Positions 24,992 to 36,900 of a stretch of DNA of 53,444 nt are shown in pieces. The notes beneath the pieces were generated by a model that was given only the letters and a program-made list of their open reading frames with translations, had not been told where the DNA came from and made no database searches. This stretch comes from a virus (Duplodnaviria > Caudoviricetes): positions 1 to 53,444 of IMG/VR virus record IMGVR_UViG_3300007609_000025; one strand, 5' to 3'. Within the stretch, counting starts at the first letter, position 1. Each line of letters opens with the position of its first letter. Position numbers and translations under genes: made by a program.

Positions 24992-27900
24992 TTGGCCAAT
25001 GCTAACTCAAATATTAACATTAATGTTAAAGCTAAAGGGGCTCAACGCTCCGCTAAAGACGTAAATGCAGTTGCAGACGCTCTTGGTAAACTAGGTGTTA
25101 GATCTGATAAAGCTTCTACTTCTACTGACGGCTTAAGTCGTTCTCAAACAAGACTAGGGCAGGCATCTGCAGCTAGTGGAAGACAGTTTAGCTCACAAGC
25201 AGCAGGACTTGGTGGTCTCGTTGGCGCTTATGCAGGCGCCGCGGCCACCATTTTTGCGTTACAGCAAGCATTTTCTGCCTTAAACAAAGCAGCCCAAGTA
25301 GAAAATATTGTTAGAGGTACACAGACTCTAGCTGCTGAGGTAGGTGAGAGCGGCAATAAGATAATAAAAAGCATACAAGAGATAACTGATAGCCAACTTA
25401 CTTTAGGAGAGGCAGCAGAAAAAGCAAACTTAGCCTTATCTACGGGATTTAGTACTAAGCAAATTGAAGGTCTAGCTTTTGTAGCGAATCAAGCTTCTAG
25501 AGCTCTTGGAAGAAACTTGTCTGACGCTTTTGAGCGTGTTGTTAGAGGTAGTGCTAAATTAGAACCAGAACTACTTGACGAATTAGGCATATTTACTAGA
25601 CTAGACCCAGCAGTACGTAAGTACGCTAAAGAAATTAATAAATCTGTAAATGAGCTTACAGAGTTTGAAAGACGTCAGGCGTTCGTTAATGAGGTTATCG
25701 AAGAAGGTACTCGTAAATTTAGTGCTATCGATACCTCAGCACCTTCTGCACAAAAAAGCCTAGAGAAGCTCAGCACAGCTTTAATAAATATAGGTACTCA
25801 AGTAGGAGGCTTATTAGCTAATACTTTAGCGCCTTTAGCTGATTTCTTTTCTAAAGATATAACAGGTGCTCTATCTATTTTTGGCATAGTAGCTGCTCAA
25901 GTTAGTAGAGTAGGATTTAGAGAGCTAAGCGGGGCTGCGCAGGGTGTTAATACTAGGCTCAGCTCTTTTAGAGCAAACTTATTAGAAAGCGGCTCACAAA
26001 GTGACGCCGCTCGATTTACTTTATCTGCTTTAAATAAAACTTTAATGGATCAAGAGTCTATAATAGCTAAAGGAACTAAAAAGCAAAAAGAAGTAGCTGC
26101 TTCTATATTTGCTATAGGCAAACAAGGCAAGTTATCTGCTTCAGATCTAGAAGATTTTAGTAGAGTAACTAAAGAACAAATAAAGCTACAGAAAGAGAGT
26201 CAAGCATTTGCAGCTAACGAAATAAAAGCACTGCAAGCCAAAGGTGTTACTACTACTGCTGCAAAAAATAAACTAGCAGACTATAAGGATGCTATAGTTG
26301 CATCAACAGCTGCCCAAGCTAAATTAAATAGGTCTTTAGCCTTATCTGAAACTGCTCTAGCTACCGTATCCTCTAGCGCTAGAAGAACTTCTGCTTCAAT
26401 AACTATATTAACAGGGGCAGTTAAAACTGCAACTGCTGTTATTAACGTATTCTCTAGAGTTATAAGTGGTGTATTTATATTTACAGCGCTACTACCTGTA
26501 ATAGAGAGTTTAATTGGGGTATTCCCTAAACTAGAAGCTCAAATTACTAACATTAAAAATGCTTTTTTAGATGCTAGAGACGCACAAAAAAGTTATGAAA
26601 CAGGTATTAGGAGCTTATCTAATACAGCGGGCATAAGCGGTATTTCTAAAGAATATGAGACACTAGGAAGAAGTGCTAGAGAGGCCGCTGCTACGCAAGA
26701 AGAGGTACTAACCTTTTTAACAAAGATTGGCAAAGTAGAACTTCCGGCTATAAGCTCTGTTATAGCAGGTATTAAAGGTGTTTCAGTTCAGGCAGTAGAC
26801 GCTAATAATGCGGTAGCTAATCTACAAGGGGGTTTAAGTTTATTAGCTATAGCTGGTGTTGGTGTCGCTGCTGTCGCACTTAAAACCTTTGCAGTGCCTA
26901 TGGGAGCTGTTATAGCAGGTGTAGCAGGTCTAGCACTAGGAGTAGAAGCTCTTATAGCTAAATTTACTAGCTACACTCCTGTAGTTGCTGGGTTTTTTGA
27001 GAAAGTACTATCTTTTGTAGGAGTAGGCGCTACAGCTCTAACTACTACAGAGGCTCAGATAGCCTCTGTAGAAGGCAAAATAGAAGAGTTAAAAAGTAGT
27101 CTTGCTGATGCTAAAACTTTAGATGAATATTTAGGTATACGTCAATTTATAGACTCTTTAGAATCTGCACTGCCTCTTATTGCAGACGGTAGTATCGCTA
27201 TAAGACAGTTTGCCGCTGAACTTTCTAAATCTACTGGACTTAATATAGAAGATATTTCCCGTAATTTAGTAGAAAGCAGTGATGGCGTACTGACTATCAA
27301 TAATATAGCCGTAGGCCTAAGAAATGCACAAGGGCAAATACAAAAGACAACAGGGGCTGCAAAAGATTTATTAGAAACCTCTATCGGTTTTAGTACTGTA
27401 TTTTTAAATGCTAGCTCTGAGCTTACTAATTTTAATGTTAGCTCTAGAGAGCTTATACAAACTGTAGAATCTTTAGCAAGTGCTGAGGTTAATCTTAGAG
27501 ATAAACTAAAAGGAGTTAGCTCAGAGTTAGCAGTTATTGCTAGAGAAGAGGAAGAAGCTGTAAGAGCTAGAGACGCGCTAATTAAGAGTATAGAAGGAAC
27601 TGACTATAGCTCAGTAGAGGCGCAAAGACTTATTAACCTAGATGATAGAACAAAAGAACTGAATCTTCAAAGAAGGCAGCTAGAAGCTACTAGAAGAGAG
27701 GTAGAGGCTCAGCTAAAAGTTGACGAAGATAGACTGGCTATATTAAAAAATATAGGCGATGAGCTTAACAAACAAGAAAAAACATATGAAAAAATACTTC
27801 AGTCTATATCAGCTGAAATAAAAGCCTTTGAAGATGTTAATCTTCAAGGTGTATTCGATATGGAGTCTTTAACTAGCGCAGAAACTTCTTTTGGTGTTGC

Positions 27901-30900
27901 AGCTAATAAAATAAAAAATCTTAGCTCTACTCTAAGTAAAGATTTAAATAACATAACCCAAGACTTTGAAAGAGTATTCGGTCCTGACTCTATATTTAAC
28001 TTGGAAGAGCCTTTTGATAAGGCTAATGAAAGTATAACTGAGTTTCTTGCTAGAATGCAGGGATCTATAAATATCACCCCTGAACTATCTGCTGAGTTAA
28101 GAAAAGCTGAAAATGCAAGCAATCAGCTGGATTCTAGTGCTAAAGGCGTGCTAGGTACTTTTATACTACAAATTAAAGCTTTAGAAGCTCTAAAGAAAGA
28201 AGTTGCTAGGACTGTACGTGACATAAACCTAGACGAATTAAGAACAGCTATAAATGCTGAGATCTCCATAATACAACAAGCACGTAGTAATAGGCAAACT
28301 ACAGCTTCTTTAGCTAAAGAGGAGAGAGACCTATCCTTACAAATATTAGACGCCAACTTACGTACTACAGAAGAAAAAACTAATCAACTAATTAATACTC
28401 TAAATACTAATAGAGAGCTACTAAACATACAAGAGAGTATGTTAGGCTCTCAATTAGAAATATCTAAAGCAAAAATAGAAGCATCAAAAATAGAGCTAGA
28501 TAATGCTAAAAGCCTGCTAGAGTTAGGTAATAGAGGCATACAAAACTCTAAGATAAATAAAGACTTAAAAGAGTTATTTGATATTGTTAATGACGTTGTA
28601 GGGGCTGGAATAGACGTTGCTACTGCAGAAAAAGAGTCAGAACAAGTAGCTATTGAGATAGCTAACTTAGATAAGTTAGCTGCTCTAGATAAGCAAAGAT
28701 TTGCGATAGAGCGAGAAGTAATCGCAGAACGTTCAGCACAGGCTGATCTTCAAAATAAAATGGAGCTCGCGCGTATAAAGATAGATTCCGATAGTAGAGT
28801 TAAAGCACTAGAAGAGCGTAAAAATCAAATAGCTGAAGATCGTCGTATTCTAGAGCTAAGAGATGAACTACAAAAAGAAGAAAGAAAAGCTGCTGATGAG
28901 GATAAAAAACTTCAATTAGAAACATTAAATAAACGAGTAGAAGAAGCTAATAGACTTATAAGTGGTATGAAAAATTTTGTTAGTGAGTATGGTATTGAGA
29001 ATGATGATTTTCTTAGTAGGTACTCTGCAGAGCTTAGAAACTTTATAACGCAGTTAGCAGGCCTTATAAATAGTATTGGCACCATAGGTAACTTAGGGTC
29101 GGGTCAAGCAGTGGTTGCTTCTCAAGGAGCTAGACCAGTAGGCCCAGATGACGGATTTAGAGGCTCAAACGGCTCAGTAACTAACAATTTTGAAAATGTT
29201 AGTATTGAAGGGCTAAGCCCCTCAGATAGTAGCAGCATAGTAGACGGAATATTAAAAACCATAAGACAAAGAGAGTCTAGTAATAGGTACAATGTTACTA
29301 ATTACGCATGGGGGGAAGGCTCTACTGCTAGTGGCGCGTATCAGTTTACTAGAGGCACATGGGCAAGAGAAGCTGCAAAAGCTGGAGTAGGTACTGAGTA
29401 TAGAGACGCTATGAGCGCCCCTGCATCTGTTCAAGATGCAGTGGCAGAATCATATGTTAGAGATATCTTAACAAGAGGAGGCGGACGACTTGAGTCTGTA
29501 CCTACTGAGTGGTATACAGGAAATCTTCAAGGAAACATGAGCGCTGAGGCGCTGAGAGTTAATAGAGGTTTAACTTCTGAACAATACAATACCGGCTGGA
29601 TGAGAGACTTTGAAAAGATTAACGGTAGTCTTACAGCTACAACAGCTAATCTCCAAGATGCTTCAGATTCTTTAAAACGAAACGCTCAAATACAACAAAA
29701 TACTCAAACGGCTTTAAGTAGCTTAGAAAATGATAGATTAAACGCTGCTGAATCTTCTTTGGATAGACAAATAGCTTTAGAAAAGCAACGAGGTAATGCT
29801 GCCGCATCGGCCTCCGAAGCTGCAGCCGCAGGACAAAGTGCTCAAATACAAAATGAGTCCCGACTACTAGACAAACGCGAAGAAGCTAACTCTGCGCAAA
29901 GACAAGCAGAGGAAGCTAACAATAAAAATCGTGAAAGAGCGGTACAGCTAGAAGAAAAACTGGCTAGAGTACGGTTAGCACAAGCTACTTTTGAAGGGCT
30001 TAGCAGGTTTGGTAATCTACTGCAGCGAGTAACAGCTGGAGTAGCGGAAGAGCGTCAAGCCCGTGCCCAAGAGTCTTATAATGAGTCTTTAGAGGCGCAT
30101 GAAGAAAAACTGGAAAGAGTTAAAGAAGCTCGTGATCGAGAGTCTGAGGCAGTTACTGCTTCTATGGATATATTACGTGATAGACGAGAAATAGAACGTA
30201 GCATGTTAGACTCAATAGCTGCAGGGATTGATGGGTACTCAGACTACTTTAAACTTCAAAAAGAATATCTAGATAATATAGATGAAACATCTAATAGTAC
30301 AGAGTCTCTAAAGTTAATTCAGCAAGACAGACTACTTGCTGAGCAAGAAGGGTATTTAGCACAAGTAAGATTAGAGTTTTCTGCTAATGCTCTAGCAGAG
30401 GCTAATTCAAAACTAGAGCGAGCACAAAATAGCGTTGTAAATGAACTAGGGTCTATGATAAGTAGTCTAGGAGATGCGGGACAAAAACTAGTTAGTTTTA
30501 CTACCTTTGTACAAGGCTTAGCTGCAGCTGCGTCTCAAGGAGTAAGTGGAGGCGGAATATTAGGTACTATAGGTCAGTTATTTGGTTTTGACTTTTCAAA
30601 TATATTTAAAAGTATTTTAGCTCCTTTAGACTTACTAACTAGTACTCTTACCGGTAGTTTTAAATCTTCTGCAGCCGCAGTGAGTAGTGTGGCTGAGGGA
30701 GCTGTTAAAGCTCAAGGTGCATTAAGTGGGGTAAGTAAGGTACTATCTGGGTTAGGTTCTATTGTAAGTACTGCTTTTGCAGGCGCTTCACTAGGTGCTA
30801 TGACAGGAGGTTCTACTGTAGAGGCCCAAATAGGAGGTGCTCTTGGTTCAGTAGTAGGCGCTAGTATAGCTGCTGCGGTATCGGGTACTGCTTTTGGCTC

Positions 30901-33900
30901 TGCTCTAGGTAGTTTTCTTGGGCCTATAGGCACAGTTCTTGGAGGGCTTTTAGGAGGCTGGATAGGCGGTTTGCTAGGTGGGGGTTCCAGTAAGTATACT
31001 ACTGCTGAATTTAACATAGCTACTGATAGGGTAAGCGCTGGAGGGGCTCAAGGAAATGCTTTAGAGCCTATTGCTCAATATGCTAAAAGTTTAAACACCT
31101 TATTAGAAGATATTATTGGAGTGAGTAATAGAGCTCGATCTTTCGATGTACTTTTACGTACTAGAGAAGGTGACATAAGGCAACAAGAATTATCGACTAC
31201 AATAAATGGGAGCCAAATTAGAAGGGGCGTTAACTTCAATGATGCTGAGAGCGTATCCAAAACAACCTTTGAGCTGTTATTAAAAGGATTTACTACTGCT
31301 GCCTTTGATGTTAGACAAGCTATTGGAAGACTTGATTTTTCTGATGATATTGAAAAGAACTTAGAAAAAATATCTTTTGCCGCCTCTTTTAGAGAAATTA
31401 TAAACAATATACAAGATCAAATAACATCAAGCTACATAACCCTAGATCAAGAGGTAGACAAAATTGCTGCTACTACAGCAGCTAATATAAATCAAGTAAC
31501 AAATGGATTAGTTGCTGATTTTCAAGATTTAATTACTAGAACAATAGATGTTTTTGGTGAGAACTCTTACCGAGTAGGTCAGTTAGAAAGTTACGGCTCT
31601 AGTCTTTTACTTAGTTATGCAGGATTAGCTGTTAGCGCTGGAGGTGCGGTATCTATAATAGAGCGTGAAGCTGAAGATATGAATAATCTTGCACTAGTAT
31701 TTGCAAGCATTGAGGGAGAGACTAGAGGGTTTAGAGACTCGCTAATACAGTTAGGTACTTCTGCTTCTGAAGCTGATCGTATACTAGAAACAGGTATAGC
31801 CTTAAAAATACAGAAAGTAGCTAAGGACTTTGAAGAGGCTATTGATAAAGCTGTTAACTTATCTAAAAATATAAATAATGAAGTATACGATAGTCTTGAG
31901 GAAATTTTTAAAGCTCAAAGTTTATTAGTTCAAGATGCTCGTTTAGTTCAGTCTACTGTGTCTGGCACTTTTGGTATTATAAGTAAGACAGAAAATTTAA
32001 TTTATAGACAACGCATGAGGTTGATAGCTGAATCTTCTGATGAGCAGCTAATAGCTATTAGAGCTCTTACTGCTGTAACTGCTGAATACTCTGATGCCGT
32101 CACCCAAGCCACAGCACAAGCAGAAATAGCTTCTAGAACCCTATTAGGATTATTTAATACCTCAGAGATACAAAAGTCAGCTAGACGTTCTGAGTCTAGA
32201 CTATCTTTCAACTTTGCTTCTGTAGGCTTAGCTTCAGGAGGCGTAGTGCCTGGAACTAATGCTCAGCAAAATAAAGATTCTGTTCCTGCAATGTTAATGC
32301 CAGGAGAGTTTGTTATAAACAAAAAATCTTCTGAAAAAATAGGATACGACACTCTATACTCTTTAAACTCTGGTAATTTTAATCAAATGGCTGCAGGAGG
32401 TAGGGTAGAAACAGGGCTAAGCGGCGGTGCGTTAACTACAACTGCTACTCCTTCAAACACAAGATCTAGTTTTGCTGCATATGAGTTTGACGGCACAGCA
32501 GCATTTATTTCTTTTGCAGAAGCTGCTAATATATTAACAGACGCTAATGAGGAGTTATATGACCAGTACTTAAATATCTTTAGATCTATAAACTCTAATC
32601 TAGTTCCTGCTCTAGAGTTTACTCAAGATAAACTAACTGAAGGTAATATACTATTAGCGCGTGCAGCTTTTGAGTACTCTACTGGGGTTAGAGATGCAGT
32701 AAGTGTTACTGACTCTCTTAATAAAATTATAGCAGAGACTAGAACTCAAGAAGTACTTCGTCAAGCAGGCCTTGTAGCCTCTATTGATGAGATAGGCAAC
32801 TTTGTAGACGCCTCAGACTCTTTCTTTTTATCTTTGCAATCTCCTAAAGACTCTTTGGTTGAGCAATCTGGCTTATATAAAGAACTGTACACAGCTACTA
32901 ATGAGCTAAATAAGCTATTAGCTCAAGGATCAATAACAACGGATCAGTACAATAGCTCTATTGACGCTTTAAATACTGCTTATACAGCTTCTATAGAGTT
33001 AGTTCGTGAATATAATGAGTTTTTTATAGATCTTAATGACAGTCTAGATGATACAGGAGCTTTAAGCAATGTAAGAGCATTAGTAGCTACCTATGTAAAT
33101 AGCATAGATAGAGTAAGCTATGCTGTACAAGACGGTATTATTGCTACTGAGGACGCATATAAAAAAGAAATTCAAGTAAATACGCTATACAATCAAAGAA
33201 GACTGGCTTTAGTACAAGACTCGACTGAGGAGCAGCTAAAAGTGCTTAGAGATGCTGCTACAACTGCAGAAGACTATGGCGGTGGAATAGGTACTATAGT
33301 AGACTTTACATACTCAGTAGGGGCGGCCACAGAGTTACTTACTAGACAGTTACAAGCTGCGAGTGAGAGTTTTGCTAGTTTTGAAACCTCTTTAGTTGAC
33401 TTTTACAACTCTACACTACAAGCATCTACAGGTTTTGGATCACGCCTAACAAGATCTGTAGAATCTATATTTTTAGAGGCAGGAATTATTTTTGAAGAGT
33501 CATTAAGCGAATTTTTTGGCTCTGTAGGCAACTTTGCTGTTAAAGCACAGCAAGGCTTAATAGGTTTGAATGACTTAGAAACAGCTTTAGGGCAGTTAAA
33601 CTATCAATTAACAGTTAGTGAGTCTATAAATATTGAAACATACAAAACAGGAGTTAGTATACTTCAAACTTCCTTTATTGACTTTGTTAGTACTTTCCAA
33701 GATATGAGAGAAGAGCTTGATAGTGCTAAAGACTCTATGGAATCTTTTAGGTCTAGCCTGTATGACTCGTTTAATTCAGTGGTTAGAGATATTACTAGAC
33801 TACTTGAAGGTATGGTGTCTACGTATAGAACTAACTTTGAAAACTTAAAAGGACTATTTAATTCAGCAGTATCAGATCAAGCCAGTGCTGAGGAAGAACT

Positions 33901-36900
33901 ATATAATACGCTATTTGATGCGCAGAAAGCTTTTGCCGCAGCAGGAGGCAACTTAAGCCAGCATGTAGATAGAATAAATGATATTGTACAAGGACTTGAC
34001 CCTCAATATACTGGATATGCAGGTTTAGACCAGTACTTAACTGACTTAAAATTAGATATAGAATCTGGTACAGCTGCTATAGGCAGTATAGACACTACTA
34101 CGCCTATATCTGAACTAAGAAACAGCCTAGAAGATCAACTACAAAGGCTTTCAGAACTGCAAGCACTACCTGACTCTGCTGATAAGTTTGTTAAGATAAG
34201 CAGAGCTCTTTCTACTATAACAGATTTAGAGTCACAAATTAGCGGTACTACAAATACTACAGATAGCTTAAAAGAAGCGGCATTGGCACTAGTTGGAGTA
34301 GAAAAAGAACTTAACTTAAACAACACTACTGAGGGTCTTAGAAATGTAGACCTTACTTTAACAGAGATACAAGAAGATCTACTAAAGCGTGCAGTGGATG
34401 CTCGTGATGCTTATAATGATGCAAACTCTGTATTAGACGGGTATAATGCTGCTTTAGCAGATAATACTGTTTATATTGACGGACTGGCTGATGCTACTTT
34501 AAATGTCAATCAAAAAATAGAGCTATTTACAGATAAACTAGCTAGTGTTAGTGATGAGTTTGCTAATGTACAAGCAGCCATAGATAGTGTTACTACTGCA
34601 AACTTATCTGACGCGCTAAGTAACATTGTATTTAGTCAAGATGCGTATAATATAGCAGTTGAGCCTTTTTCTAACTCTGCTGAAGTATTAGAGCAGCTAA
34701 CTGCTTCTATCGCTGAGTACCAAAACATAGTAGACGCTAAAACTGCTTATGAAGAGTTGTATGGTGCTATTGATATTGCTAGTAACACTCTACCTTTAGA
34801 AGAGTTTCAAGAGTTAAATACAGAGCTTCAATTCTTAGAGAATAACTTGACGTCAATATTACAGGCTATGGATCCAACTGCTATGGGCCTAGATAGCCTT
34901 GAGACAGTATTTAAAACTTTCGTAACTGATGCAATAGCGCTACTAGAAACGCCTATACAACTAGACATAGTTGAGCCTAGTTTAAACACTGATTTACAGC
35001 AATATACTCTAAACACTACTAGTACAGAAAGTAACCAAGTTGCGTTCGGCACTAGTGCCACTAATAGCCTGTTGCAGTCTATTCTTACCGATGGACTAGG
35101 TGTGCGCTCCCCAGGTTACTTATATTATAACAATCTTTACTTAGAAGATATTAGAAAAATACTGTCAGAGCTGTTAGTAGTATCAGGAGGAGTTGTTCCT
35201 GCACTAAATGATATTGCAGCGCCTGTAGCAGGAGAGTCGTCTGTCTCTTCTGGTACCTCTACTGTGTATGCAGGGCCAAATGTTTCTAATTTAAGCGGGC
35301 TAACAGGTCAGTTGTTTTCTGTGACCGAGCCTATTGCTAAGCCTGCTGACTATTTTTATATAGTAGTACCTCAGATTATTAGATTTGACCAGCTTATTGA
35401 TATAGTTAAGGCTGAGTTAGACATATATGATTTTGCAACTATAGTTAAAGTATCACATACTATAGATACTTGGATTGATATAGTAAAAAGAACTACTAAC
35501 TTTGATGAGTGGTTAGATGTAGTTAAACGTAATACTACCTTTAACGAATGGCTAAACATAGTAAAGATAGACACAAAATTTACTGATTGGGTAACTATTG
35601 TAAAACAGGACCATGACTATAGAACTTGGTTTAATCAGCCGACACCATTAGATACTAACTACTTAAAATGGTTTATACCTAAGCCAGAAAATACTAGCTG
35701 GGGTATGTGGTTCTCTGCGCCTACTTTAACTGAAACTGGTTTTGCAGACTGGTTTACATGGCCTCCTACTACTAAGTGGGAAACTAGCGGGTATGATTGG
35801 TTTGATATCTCAAGAAGAGAGATTAGGTATATAGACTTTTTTGATGTTAGAGAAAAGATAGATATAAATACTTTTGTAGCTTCTATACCAGTAACTGCTG
35901 AGACATTCTTTAATATTAGCACTATGACTACCACTTTTGACGATTGGTTTTATATATCACCTAAGGCGGGTATTGGTTTTTATGACTTCTTTACAGGCCT
36001 AGTAACAGTAGACACCAAAGCTTCTGATTGGTTTGTACTAGACTCTCCTATAGACTTGGTACCTTCTGATCTGTACACTGTAAGCTCTCCTGTTGAGTTA
36101 TCAGCTTATTCACTGTTTAAGCCTAAAGTAGAAAATATTGAAGCATCTGCTCTTTACTCAATACAAAGCCCATTATTACTGAACCCTAACGAAGTACTAG
36201 CTATAAATGAGCTGGCTAAGCTACCTCTTAGTTATGTTGATATATTTGAGCTAGGAACTACTAGACTAGAAATTACAGATATGTTTGAAAACTACTCTGT
36301 TAACGGCGGTTTTGACTTTGTTAGAGCTAGAATAGACAGTAGCGATATATTTGATATAGAAGCGTTTAGACAGAGCGGTTTTGAAAGTAAGCTAAAAATA
36401 GATCCTTCAGATTTATTTACTGAAGTCGATAACAATTGGTGGGTACCTGAAAAAACTGTTGGTATAACTCCAGATACCTTTTTTAGCCCTTTAACAGGGG
36501 TAGCTCCTTACGACTTTTTCTTTGTAGAACCTACCTTATTAGCTACTAATTTTTATGACTGGTTTGATGCTGCTGATAAAATAGATATTTCTAATGTATT
36601 TGAGCTATTTCAGCCAATACCTTTAGATTTACGAAATGCTTTTGACCTTTCTAATACTAGAGAGCCATTAGCTCCTAGCCAAGTATTTACTTTATCTCCT
36701 AATCCTACCGTTGTTCAAGCATCTCAAGTATTCAGTATAGGGGCCAAATATAGACTACAAGGTAATGAGATACTTGAATTTATACCTTATGAAATATTAG
36801 CTAGTGAATTTATAGATTTTTCTTATTTAAGAAGCAATCCTTATCAAGTCACTGCTATAGATTTATTTACTTTACTAGGTACTGTTCCTGTAAATCTGTT

